Source: the human T2T-CHM13v2.0 reference genome, Homo sapiens. Taken from it: a DNA stretch of 64,000 nt. A program made the position numbers and the translations under genes. Numbering within the stretch: the stretch's first letter is position 1; the number at the start of each line of letters is the position of its first letter. The stretch lies in assembly GCF_009914755.1 (NCBI RefSeq), contig NC_060925.1; one strand, given 5' to 3'. Shown here in pieces: positions 14,276 through 26,911 of the stretch. The notes beneath the pieces are model-generated. The model had not been told where the DNA came from, made no database searches, and saw nothing but the letters and a program-made list of their open reading frames with translations.

Positions 14276-15864
14276 CCTTCACCCTCAAAGTTTTCCTTGG
14301 TTGCACCACATACCCCTCTGTCCTACTACCATAGGTTGGGTTTGCTGCCCTTCCTCTGCATTCATAGCCTGCTGTATTACCGTCAAAATAACTTACCACA
14401 CTGTATTGTAATTATTTATGCATGTCTCTCATTTTATTCATTGCATGTGTACTGTGTATTTATTGATCACTTGTGGCAAATTATCCACAAAATCTCTACA
14501 CACTTGGAAATGAAACAAAATACTTCTAAATAATCTATGAGTTGAAAAGGAAGTGTCAAAGGATGTTTAAAACATACATAGAACATAATAAAATTGAAAA
14601 TATAATATATATCAAAATATGTAAGATGCACCTATAACATTGCTGAGAGAAAATTTTATAGCACCAAATGCTTACATTAAAATAAAAGTCTCAAATCAAA
14701 AATTTATATTTTTACCTCGATAAATTAGAAAAAGAATAATAGAAACTGAAAGCAAGTTTAAGGAAGGAAATAATAATGAGCAGAAATCGAAGAAATTGAA
14801 AATAAGAACATAATTAAACCAATAGGTAGTTCTTCAAAAAATTCAATAAAATATATAAACCTATAATAATGACAAAGATAAAAAGAAAAAATACACAAAT
14901 CATCAATATTAAAAATAAAAAATGGCTTATCACTACAGACCCTATAGTGATTAAAAGGATAGTAAAGGAATAATATACACAGTTTATGCTTAAATTCAAC
15001 AACTTAGAAGAAACATACAAATTTCTCAAAAGACACATACTGCCAAAAATCATCTAAGATGAAACATATGAATGGTCCTAAACCATTAAATACATTGAAT
15101 TCATAATTTAAAATTTCCCTCAAAATAAATCTGCAGGCCTAAATGATTTCCCCAGAGAATACTACCAAATATTTAAAGAAGATTTAACACAATTTTACAC
15201 AGTCTACTCCAAAAAATGGAAAAAGAGGAAACACTTCCTAAGTCATTTTACATAAGGCCAGTATTATCCTGATGCCACGACCAGACAAAAAGAGTACCAA
15301 AAAAACCTCAAAAAACTCTGACGCAGTATCTCCAGTGTATCTCATGAACTTAGACATAAATCTTCAACAAAATATTAGGAAATGGAATCCAGTAATATAT
15401 GAAGAGAATTATACTCTGTTAACAAGTAGGATTTATTCCAGCTATACATGGTTGGTTCAACACTTAAAAATCAATAATGTAATTCACTGCATTAACAGGC
15501 TAAGGAAGGACAACATGATTATATCAATTGAAGCAGAAAAAGCACTTTATAAAGTCTGACATTCAGCAAATTAGTAATGAAGGAGAACTACCTCAACATG
15601 ATAAAGGGCATCTACAAAAACACTGCAGCTAACATCACACATAATGGTTAAAGATTGAATGCTTTCCACCTAAGATCAGGGCTAAGACAAGAATGTCTAC
15701 TGTCACCATTCCTAGTCATCATAATTCTGGAATTTTTACCTACCAAAATAAAGCCAAAAAATAAGTCACAATAATTAGGAAAGAAATTAAACTGCTACTA
15801 TTTCTACATAATATGACTCTCTATGTAGAAAATTCCAAAAAACATCCTAACACTAATAACTAAG

Positions 15865-16235
15865 TATATTAGTCCATGCTCATGCTGCTATAAAGAACTT
15901 CCCAAGACTGGGTAACATAAAGGAAAGAGGTTTAATTGACTCACAGTTTTGCATGGCTGGGAAGGCCTCAGGAAACTTACAATCATAGTGGAAGGGGAAG
16001 CAAACACATCCTTTTTCATATGATGGCAGGAGAGGGAAGTGCCTAGCAAAGGGGGAAAAGCCCCTTATAAAATAATCAGATCTCGTGAGACCTCACTCAC
16101 TATTACAAGAACAGCATGGGGATAACTGCCCCCATGATTCAATTACCTCTCACCAGGTCCCTCCCACAACATGTGGAGATTATGGGAACTACAATTCAAG
16201 ATGAGATTGGGTGGGGACATAGCCAAACCACATCA
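15865..16235 (-). mobile_element. THE1-type solo LTR inside L1M
   Basis: Reverse THE1 termini, TSD ctaag/ctgag. Confidence 0.9.
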
Positions 16236-17136
16236 CTGAGTTTAGCAACCGCCGCAGGATGTAACATCAACACACAAGAATCAATTGTATTTCTATATAC
16301 TAACAACAAAAATCTGGAAGCCAAAATTTAAAACACAGTACTATTTACAATTGCTCTAAAGAAAATGAAATAATTATAAACACAATAAAAGACATGCAGG
16401 ATTTGTATACTGAGTTACAAAATGCTTATGAAAGAAATTATAGATGACCTAAATAAGTGACACGACATATTATGCTCATGGATCGGAACACTTAATGTAG
16501 TAAAGATGTCAGTTCTCTCAGAAATGAGCTATAGATTTAATGTAATTCCCATCAAAATCCCAGCAAGATTTTTTGGAAATATAGATGAACTGCTCTAAAA
16601 TTTATATGGACAAACACAAAACCTAGAATAGTTCAAACAATCTTGAAAAAAGAAGAAATTTTGTGTTAGTTTCCTGTGACTGATATAATAAGTTAACCCA
16701 AACTTGGTGACTTAAAACAATGCACATTTATTATCTTACAGTTCTGGAGGCCAGAAATCCAAATTCTGTTTCACTGGACTAAAGTCCAGGTGTGACAGCA
16801 ATGGTTACTTCTGGAGGCCCCAGGAGATAATCTTTTTCATGCTTCTTCCAGCTTCTAGATGCTGCTGGCCTCATTGGCTCATGGGTGCATTACTCCAATT
16901 CCACTTTCATAGTCATACTGCCTTCTCCTCTTCTGTAGTAAAATCTTCCTTTGCCTCCCTTGTATACGGACATATATAATTCATTTACGACCCACACAGA
17001 TAATAAAGAATAATTGTCCCATCTCTCAAGATCCTTAATCCCCTCTGCAAAGTCCCTTCTCCTATATAGTTGATGCTTGAACAATGTGAGGACTAGTGAT
17101 GCTGGCACCTTGCGCAATAGAAAATCTGCATATAAC

Positions 17137-19460
17137 ATTTTTTAAATTATTTCAGTAGTTTTTGGGTGTTTGGTTACATAGATAAGTTCTTTAGTGATGA
17201 TTTCTGAGATTTTGGTGCAGCCATCACTCAAGCAGTGTACATTGTACTTGTACACCTTTATCCCTCACCCCCCTTCCACACTTTCCTCTGCGTTCCCAAA
17301 GTCCACTGTATTATTCTTATGCCTTTGCATCCTCATAGCTTAGCTCCCACTTATGAGTGAGAACATACAAGGTTTGATTTTCCATTCCTGAATTACTTCA
17401 CTTAGAATAATGGTCTTCAATTTCATCCAGATTGCTGCAAATGCCATTATTTCATTCCTTTTTATGGATGAGTAGTATTTCATGGTATATATGTACCACA
17501 TTTTCTTTATCCACTTGTTGACTGATGGGCATTTGGGCTGGTTCCATATTTTTGCAATTGTGAATTGTGCTGCTACAAACATGCGTATGCAAGTATCTTT
17601 TTTGTGTAATGATTTATTTTCCTCTGAGTGGATACCCAGTAGTGGGATTGGTGGTTCAAATGGTAGATCTACTTTTAGTCTTTAAGGAATCTTCACACTG
17701 TTTTTCCCAGTGGTTGTACTAGTTTACATTCCCACCAGCAGCATTAAAGTGTTCCCTTTTCACCACATCTACGCCAACATCTATTATTTTATTATTTTTT
17801 ATATTATAGTCATTCTTGCAGAGTAAGGAGGTATTGCATTGTGGTTTTAATTTGCATTTCCCTGATTATCAGTGATGTTGAGCATTTTTTCATAAGTTTG
17901 TTGGCCATTTGTATATCTTCTTTTGAAGATATGTCTATTCATATCCTTAGCCCACTTTTTGATAAGATTGTTTGTTTTTTTCTTGCTGGTTTGTTTGAGT
18001 TTCTTGTAGATTCTGCATATTAGTCCTTTGTCAGGAGCACAGTTTGTGAAGATTTTCCCCCACTCTGTGGGTTGTCTGTTTGCTCTGCTGATTATTTCCG
18101 TTTTTTGCAGAAGCTTTTTAGTTTAATTAAGTCTCATCTATTTATCTTTGTTTTGATGCATTTGCTTTTGGGTTCTTGGTCAGGAAATATATGCATATAG
18201 CCAATGTCTAGAAAGGTTTTTCCAATGTTATCTTCTATAATTAATTTTTATGGTTTCAGGTCTTAGATTTAAGTCTTTGATCTGTCTTGAGTTGATTTTT
18301 GTATAAGGTGAGAGATAAGGATCAAGTTTCATTCTTCTATGTGTGGTTTACCAAGGAGCTGAGCACTATTTGTTGAATAAGATGTCCTTTCCCCATTTTA
18401 TGTTTTTATTTGCTTTGTTGAAGATCAGTTGGCTGGAAGTATTTGGCTTGATTTCTTGGTTCTGTATACTGTTCCATTGGTCTATGTGCTTGTTTTTATA
18501 CCAGTACCATGCTATTTTGGTGACTATGGCCTTATAGTATAGTTTGAAGTAAGGCAGTGTGATGCCTCCAGATTTGTTCTTTTTGCTTAGTCTTGCTTTG
18601 GGTATGTGGTATCTTTTTTGGTTCCAAATGATTTTTAGGATTGTTTTTTCTAGTTCTATGAAGAATGACGGTGGTATTTTGATGGGAATTGCCTTGAATC
18701 TGTAGATTGCTTTTGGCAGTATGGTCATTTTCACAATAGTTATTCTACCCATCCATGAGCATGGGATGTGATTCCATTTGTTTATGTCACCTATAATTTC
18801 TTTCAGCAGTGTTTTGTAGTTTTCCTTGTAGAGGCCTTTCAGGGATTCAGGGATGGAACATATAAAGTCAATAAATATGATACACCACACAAACAGAACT
18901 AAAAACAAAAATCACATGATTATTTCAATAGACACAGAAAAAGCACATTTGACAAAATCCAGCATCCCTTTATGACTAAAACCCTCAGCAAAATTGGCAT
19001 AGAAGGAACATACCTTAAGGTAATAAAAGTCATCTATGACAAACCCACAGCCAACATTATACTAAATGTGGAAAAGTTGAAAGCATTCTCCCTGAGAACT
19101 GGAACAAGACAAGGATGACCACTCTCACTACTTCTATTCAACATAGTATTGGAAGTCCTAGCCAGAGCAATCAGACAAGAGAAAGAAATAAAAGGCATCC
19201 AAATCAGTAAAGAGGAAGTCAAACTGTTGCTGTTTGCTGATGATATGATCATATATCTAGAAAACACTAAAGATTCATCCAAAAACCTCCTAAAACTGAT
19301 AATGAATTCAGCAAAATTTTAGGATACAAAATTAATGTACACAAATCAGTAGCACTGCAATACACCAATAGCAACCAAGCTGAGAATTAAATCAAGAACT
19401 CAACTTCTTTTATGATAGCTGCAAAAACAAATAAACAAATGAAAATACTTAGGAATACAC
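17137..19460 (-). mobile_element. 5'-inverted (twin-primed) L1PB-like insertion inside Tigger2
   Basis: Minus-strand 3' part at 17137-18840 and plus-strand ORF2 piece at 18841-19460. TSD ctgcatataac/ctgcatgtaac. Confidence 0.88.
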
Positions 19461-19863
19461 CTGCATGTAACTTTTGACTCCCCCAAAACTTAACTACTAA
19501 TAGCCTACTCTTGATGGAGGCCTTACTGATAACATGAATAGTTGATTAACACATATTTTGTACATTTTTATATATTTTATTCTTACAATAAACTAGAAAA
19601 AAGAAAATGTCATTAAGAAAATTATTTAAAAGAGAAAATATATTTACTATTAATTAAGTGGAAGTGGATCAACACAAAGGTTTTCATCCTAATTATCTTC
19701 ATGCTAAGCAGGCTGAGGAGGAAGAAGAAAAGGAGCATTTGGACTTGCTGTCTCAGGGGAAGAAAAGGAGAAGTTGCACTTGCTGTCTCAGGGGTGTCAG
19801 AGGTGGAAAAACAAGAGGAGGTGGAAGGGGAGGCAAGGGGCAGGAGAGGCAGGCACAGTCAGT

Positions 19864-19983
19864 GTAACTTTGTAGAAATACAACATAATTTCTGCCTGAC
19901 TTTTTTGCTTTTTTATTTCTCTGGTAACTTTGCAGAAATACAACATAATTTCTTCCTGACTTTTTTGCTTTTTCATTTCTCTA
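19864..19983. repeat. 60-bp tandem duplication within Tigger2
   Basis: Two near-identical units gtaactttgYagaaatacaacataatttct...atttctct. Confidence 0.95.
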
Positions 19984-21833
19984 GAAATGCTTCTATAATA
20001 CCAATCCTTCTTTCACCATTTGCTTTAGTTTTAATGCCCATTAGAAGGATCTACATCACCAAAAAAAGTATCAAAAGAGGTCTTGAATAATCAGAACTGT
20101 TGTGGAAGATTGTTTAATGTCAATTTGTTTTCTGGCACTGCTTCTTCTACATCTTCTTCCTCATAATCTGGCACCAGTTCAGAAGCACTCATCAAGTCAT
20201 CATCTGTTAATCCCTCTAGTGTAGTGTCTATTAGATCTTGAATTTCACCAAGATCCGTATCTTGAAATTCTTCGTCCTCTACCTTTTTAACCGTATCCAC
20301 AATCTGTTTCAGATTCCGTTCACTGGCTCTGTTGTAAATCCTGTGAAGTCATGCACAACATCTGGACACAGTTTTCTCCAACAGGAATTTATCACTTTGG
20401 ATTTGATGACATTCATGGCTTTTTCTGTAACAATGATGGCATGTTTAATGGTGTAATCTTTCCAGAGTTTCATGATGTTCTCTCTATTGGGGTTTTCCTC
20501 CATAGAGTTGACAGTCCTTTCCATAGCGTACCATGTATAATCAGCCTTAAAGGTCCTCATGACCCATCTTTTGAAGAATGAGTTAGGGGTGTTGTGTTTG
20601 GGAGGCAAGGAGACCATTTCACAACTTTCAGTGTTGAACTCATGGGGTTCTGGTGGCCAAGGGCATTGTCCAGTATTAAAATAACTTTAAAAGGCAGTTT
20701 TTAACTGGTAAGGGACTTGTTGATTTCAAGGACAAAGCATCAATGGAACCAATACAGAAAAAGGGCCTTTGTTGTCCAGGCCTTCTTGCTGTACAACAAT
20801 AAAAAAACTGGCAACTGGTGTTTATCTTTTACTTTCAAGGCTTGGAGGTTAGCAGCTTTATAGAGAAGAACAGTCATTATCATAAACGCAACTGCATTTC
20901 CACAAAGCAGTAGGGTTAGCTCATCCCTTCCTGCCAAAAATCCTGGTGTTCACTTCTTTTCCTTACTAATAAATATCCTCTGCAGCATTTTTTTCCTCCA
21001 GAATAGAACACTTCTGTCTACACTGAAAAGTTGTTCAGGCAAATTTCCTTTCTCTTCTTTTAATGGCATCTAGAAACTTGTCTGCTGCCTCTTGGTCAGC
21101 AGGAGTTTCTTCTCCTGTAACCTTAACATTTTTAGAGCCAAATCTCTTTCTAAAATTATCAAATTGTTCTTTGCTGGCATGAAATTCTCCAACTTTAGAT
21201 CCTTCATCTTCTTTTTCCTTAAAGTTTTCATATAATGACTTTACTATTTCTCGAATCACATTAGAGTCTATAAGTATGCCTTTCTTATAGCAATCCTGCA
21301 CCCACATAAAAATTGGATTTTCAATATGAGAAAGATGTTTTACAGAAAGTACAGGTTTTCACACTTGAAGCAATAGCTTCACAAGTGTACTTTTCTTTGT
21401 TTACAACAGATTTATTTATGCTGGATTTATTTATCTTGAAATGGCAGATTGAGGTCTCAGTTGCAGCCCTCAAGCTATGGTACATATCTAACAATTCAAC
21501 TTTTTTTTTTGTAATGTCAAGACTTTTCCCTGCTTCTTAGGAGTTCTTCCAGCATCACTAGTGACACTTCATATAGTTCCCATGGTGTTATTTATGGTAT
21601 TGCACCAAACATGATAAAAAATACATGAGAACCACAAGAGATCACTTTTTACTGTGATAGGCAATTTACTGGAAAGACACAAACTGCTCACATGGAGATG
21701 CTTAGCATCATCAGCACTTTAAGTGGATGGGTGCAACACTTGAACTCACAACAATAGCAACAGGAAGTGGCCACAAAATTATTAAAGTAATATGTACTAT
21801 AGTTAATTTCATGCTGTTACGATTGAATACTGT

Positions 21834-22189
21834 TGTATTAGTCCATTTTCATGCCGCTGATAAAGACATACTGGAGACTGGGGGAAAAAAAGAAGTTTAA
21901 TTGGACTTACTGTCCCACATGGCTGGGGAGGCCTCAGAATCATGGTGGGAGGCAAAAAGCACTTCTTACATGGTGGCGGTAAGAGAAAATGAGGAAGATG
22001 CAAAAGTGGAATCCCCTGATAAAACCATCAGATCTTGTGAGACTTATTCACTACCAAGAGAACAGTATGGGAGAAACCGCCACCATGATTCAAATTCTCT
22101 CTCACCAGGTACCTGCCACAACACATGGGAATTATGGGAGTACAATTTAAGATGAGATATGGATGAGAACACAGAGCCAAACCATATCA
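21834..22189 (-). mobile_element. THE1B-like solo LTR inside Tigger2
   Basis: tgtattagtcc...aaaccatatca, TSD actgt/actct. Confidence 0.9.
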
Positions 22190-22786
22190 ACTCTATCTTC
22201 ATGTTTGTTTACATTTCTCTCAACTGTAAGTTGTCTGTTTGTATAGATTTTGATAAATTTTAACTTTTTATAATAAATTTGTGTATATTTTATTATAGCA
22301 AATAATCAAATAGACTAGCATTTATATGTTTTATGCATTTAGTACATGCCTGTTTCTTAATTTTTTTTGATATTTCTAGGCTGTGTGGTTCATCTTCAAT
22401 TTTTTTCAAGTTTTCAGAAACCCCCCTAATTTTTTCAATATGTTTATCTTGAAAAATCCACCTATAAGTGGACCCAGACTGTTCAAACTAATGTTATGTA
22501 AGGGCCAACTGTATAAGGAACATTCACAGGTTTCAGGTATTAGGACCTGGATAGTTTTAGGGCCATTATTCAGCCTCCCAAAAAAGTGGCAGAAATAACT
22601 CTACCTAATATTAAGGCTTACTATATAAGCTAAATAATCAAGACAATGTCAAATTGGTGGAGAGATAGACACATAGATCAATGGTACAGAACAGAGAACT
22701 CAGAAATAGACACACACAATTATGTTCAATTAACTGTGCAAAAGCATGCACTAGGTGCAAAAGCAGTTCACTGTAGGGAAGATAGT

Positions 22787-23504
22787 TGATATGTGTATTA
22801 GTCTGTTTTCATACTGCTATAAAAAAAAGCAGCCGAAGACTGGGTAATTTACAAAAGAAAAAGGTTTAATTGACTCACAGTTCAGCATGGCTGGGGAGGC
22901 CTCAGAAAACTTACAATCATGGCAGAAGGTGAACGGGAAGCAAGGCACCTTCTTCATAAAGCAGTAGGAAGGAGAAGTGCCGAGTGAATGGGGAGGAGGC
23001 CCTTATAAAACCGTCAGATCTCATGAGAACTCACTCACTGTCATGGGAACAGCATGGGGGAAACCACCCCCATGATTCAATTACCTCTACCTGGGCTCCC
23101 CCTTGACACATGGAGATTATGAGGATTTACATTTCAAGATGAGATTCAAATCGCATCTTGAATTGTCATTCCCAGTGCTTGGGGAGGGACCTAGTAGGAG
23201 GTGATTGGATCATGGGGGCAGATTTCCCCCTTGCTGTTCTCATAACAGGGAGTGAGTTCTCACGAGATCTGATGGTTTAAAAGTGTGTGGCACTTCCCCC
23301 TTTATTCTCTCTCTGTCTCCTGTCACCATGTGAAGATGTGCCTGCTTTCCCTTTGCCTTCTGCCTTGATTGTAAGTTTCCCAAGGCCACACCAGCCATGC
23401 ATCCTGTACAGTCTGCAGAACTGTGAGTTAATTAAACCTCTTTTCTTTATAAACTACCCAGTCTCAGGTAGTTCTTTATTGCTATGTGAGAATGGACTAA
23501 TACA
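22787..23504. mobile_element. MST/THE1 LTR (+) carrying a second LTR (-, 22794-23145) inserted near its 5' end
   Basis: Outer TSD atagt at 22782-22786 and 23505-23509. Head-to-head junction caagatgagattc|aaatcgcatcttg. Confidence 0.85.
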
Positions 23505-25309
23505 ATAGTCTTTTAAATAAATGGTTTGGGAACAATTAAACATCCACAGGCAAAAAAAAACTTAAAAAAAAAAAACTCAAAAAAAAAAACTCAACCTAAA
23601 CCTCACACCTTATATAAAATTAACTTAACATGGATCATCCACTTAAATATAAAGCATAAACTATAAATCTTAACAAGAAATAGGAGAAAATCTTCAAAAT
23701 CTAAGTGAAAAGTTCTTAGACTTGACACCAAAAGCCTAATCCTTAAAGAAAAATTTGATAAGTTGGACTTCATCAAATTTAAAACTTCTGTGAAAGACCC
23801 TGTTAAAGAATGAAAACAGAAACAGAACCTACAAACTAGAAGACATTTGAACATCAGGTATCTGAAAAAGGAATAAAATATAGAGTGTTTAATGAATTCT
23901 AAAAACTCAGAAATAAAAAACAAGCAATCCAATTAGAAAATGGGCAAAACCCCTAAATAAGCATTTTATTAAAGAGGATATATACAGATGATAAATAAGC
24001 ATGTGAAAAGATGTTCATCTTTATTAGCCATTAGGGAAACAAAAATTGAAACACAATAAGACATAACTACACAATTATCAAAATAGCTAAAATTTAAAAA
24101 AAATAATTACAACACCAAATGCTGGTCATCACAATGCAAAGAAATTAGATCACCTACACATTGCTTGTGGGAAAGTAAAATGATTTAGCTATTCTGGAAA
24201 ACATTTGGCAGTTTGTTATAAAACTAAACATGCAACCACCATATGACCCAGCAACTGTTCTCTTGGGCACTTATTCCAGAGAAATGAATATTATTTTCTC
24301 ACAAAAATCTGCATGTGGACACTTATAGCAGTATTATTTGTAGTAGCCAAAACTGAAAACAATCCAGATGTCCTTCAATGGATGAATGATTAAACAAACG
24401 ACAGCACATCCACATCATTCAGCAATAATGAGGAATGAACTATTGATACACACAACTTGAGGGAATCTCAAGGGAATTATGCTGAGTAAAAAAAAAACCA
24501 ATCCCACAAGCTTACATACGTCATGATTCCATTTATATAACCTTCTTGATATGACAAAATTATAGATATACTAGAACTGATTAATAGTTGCCAGTGTTTA
24601 GGGCTCAAAGTGCAGGGGGAGGGATAAGAGTGTGATTACAAAAGAGTAGCACAAGAAATCCTTCTGTATCTTAACTGTGGTGGTAATTACATAAATTGCG
24701 ACATATGATAAATTGCATAGAACTAAATACATGCACATACACATACAAGCACAAGGATATATAAAACTGGTGATAATCTGAATAAGATTGATAGGTTGTA
24801 TTCATGTCAGTTTCTGGGTTGTGATATTGTACTACAGTTATTCAAGATGTTACCATAAAAAATTTGGAAATAACTCTGGAGATAATGTTTTAATAAGAGG
24901 CATAAGCACACCTTAACTATAAAATGTTTGATCTTCAGAAAACATTCTGAAATGTAATAGAAATTTAACAAATGTGGAAAGGGGAGAACATGCTGTGAAG
25001 TTATTATCAACTCCTGTGCAAAAATGTTAGGGCTCTGGCCAAAATCTCAACTCAGAATTGCCAACTTTCATAAAGTCTGCAAGTAGAAACTTGTCACATC
25101 CATAAATGTAAATAACACTTCTTTCTTTCACCTAACCTGATTTAAAATTATTTACTTGCACTTTTCTTATACTTTACAAAGTATTTTCACATGCAAATTC
25201 TATTCCATTTTCCTAGTCACTTGATGTGGCAGACAGAGAAGAACTTTTTATCCTCCATTATAAAGATGAGGAAATTGAGTCTGAGAGAAATGATTTGTTC
25301 TGACTTGAA

Positions 25310-26834
25310 GCTAAAAAATTGTAAAGTTAGGAGTAAAATATGAAATGTGAATCTTTTGACTCCTGATTGATGATGCTACTTGAAGGCGAGGAATAAGTCT
25401 TATAATTCTTAGAGGGTTAGTCTGATGTAGGGGCAAAAACAACACTGGATTATTAGTCAAAAGACATTGTTTTAAGCTTCAGCATTGAGCCAGGTCCAAG
25501 CTAAAGTTCAATGTAAGTTAGAGGCATGTGGTGAGAGAGGTGCTACCAAGTTCCATTAAGGAAAGCAAGGAAGGCTTTCAACAGATTTGGCATTTGTTGA
25601 GTCCTGAAGAATGCCTTGAATTTTAATATATGACTTTATTAAGAGAAGGAAAAATCCAGGCAGAGTGTAGTAAAAATAGGGGATGGGGGCAGTGAGCAGC
25701 AGTATGGGGAAAAGAAAGTGTAATGAATCCAGTGCCCCTCCATTACCCACCTCCACCTTGACAGCAGCTGTATTCCCCTGTAAATTGCTCCTCTCTCTTT
25801 CTTCTCTCTTTCTGGGACTCTGGTAATATGAATGTTGGCGCTTGTGACACTGTTAATTTTCTTTGTTCTACTTTCTCTCTCTTGCTCAGATTGGGTAAAT
25901 TATATTCATCTGTCCTCAAGTTCACTGATGGTATTTTCTCTGTCATCTCCACTCTACTATTAAGTCCATCTAGCAAGATTTTTATTTTGGTTATTGTACT
26001 TTTCAGTGTTATAGTTTCCATTTGATTCTTTTTATAACTTCTACTTCTTTGTTAAGATTTTCTCTTTTTTTATTTGTTAAAGAGAATTCATAATTGCTGC
26101 TTTAAAATTATCTTCAGATAATTCCAACACCTTGGAATTCATCTTGGTGTTGCCTGTTCATTTCTTTTCTCATTTAAGCTGTGATTTTTATTTACTTATT
26201 TATTTAGTTAGTTTTGGTTCTTAGTTTGATAAGTGATTTCCTGTGGTATTCTAGACATTTGGAAGACTCTAGATCCTATGTAATCTTTTTTACCAGGCAT
26301 TATCTCCACTGATATGTAGTTTGAGGGCCGAGTGGGTGTGTATTTTCAATGGAAGTGGTGTGCTCACACTGCCTCTTTGCAGAAGGGTGGACTGAAAGTT
26401 GAACTTCCTTCTCAGTCCTATAGAACTCTTCTCAGAAAATGTGGGTGCAAACTCGTACTGCCTTATTGGGGTATTAGCTCAGCTCCTTAGTGAGCCATAG
26501 TGATGAGATGAGAGAGGGAGGGAAGTATTAACTAGCTCCAGCTTGCATAGCCTCATTCATTTTCACTGACGCCACTGACACAAACCTGTAAAGGGATTCA
26601 GAGCATGAACGACCTAATCAGCTCATTTCAGATATAAGGCTAAAAAATTGTAAAGTTAGGAATAAATTATGAAATGTGACTCTTCTGACTCCTGATTGAT
26701 GATGCTACTTGAAGGTGAGGACTAAGTCTTACAACTCTTAGAGGGTTAGTCTGGTGTAGGGGCAAAAACAACACTGGATTATTAGTCAAAAGACATTGTT
26801 TTTTAAGGCTCAGCACTGAGCCAGGTCCAAGCTA
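25310..26834 (+). repeat. About 195-bp direct duplication (25310-25503 and 26639-26834)
   Basis: Hand alignment gives about 12 substitutions and one 2-nt indel. Confidence 0.95.
25780..26260 (-). mobile_element. Old L1M ORF1-region fragment
   Basis: Minus ORF with LKSTITKIKILLDGLNSRVEMTE, an L1 ORF1 coiled-coil-like stretch. Confidence 0.75.
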
Positions 26835-26911
26835 CCATACTACCACTTACCACCACACTACCCTACCAGCAAGGAAGGGATAGAAGGAATCTGAAATAGA
26901 GGATTAGCTCT

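Larger units (their letters stand above)
17067..22511 (-). mobile_element. Essentially full-length Tigger2 (TcMar) with decayed transposase
   Basis: TA-flanked TIRs (tagttgatgcttgaacaa ... gggccaactg). Pogo-type transposase fragments on minus at 20091-21307. About 2.75 kb after removing nested inserts. Confidence 0.9.
16662..22582 (-). mobile_element. MLT1 (C/D/E-type) LTR split by Tigger2 (16662-17066 and 22512-22582)
   Basis: tgtgttagtttcctg... start. LTR sequence resumes colinearly after the Tigger TA (aggaacattcacaggttt...gggccattattcagcct). Confidence 0.8.
14480..24875 (+). mobile_element. Old L1M (L1MC/MD-type) ORF2 and 3'UTR, interrupted by several younger insertions
   Basis: Degraded ORF2 motifs (IISIEAEKA) in colinear pieces at 14480-15864, 16236-16661, 22583-22786 and 23505-24875. 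Confidence 0.85.

Noticed and set aside
25368-25430. C/D-box snoRNA-like TGATGA...CTGA in the duplicated unit
   Set aside because: No convincing terminal stem or recognisable guide, and the D box is absent in copy 2. An Infernal/snoscan search would settle it.
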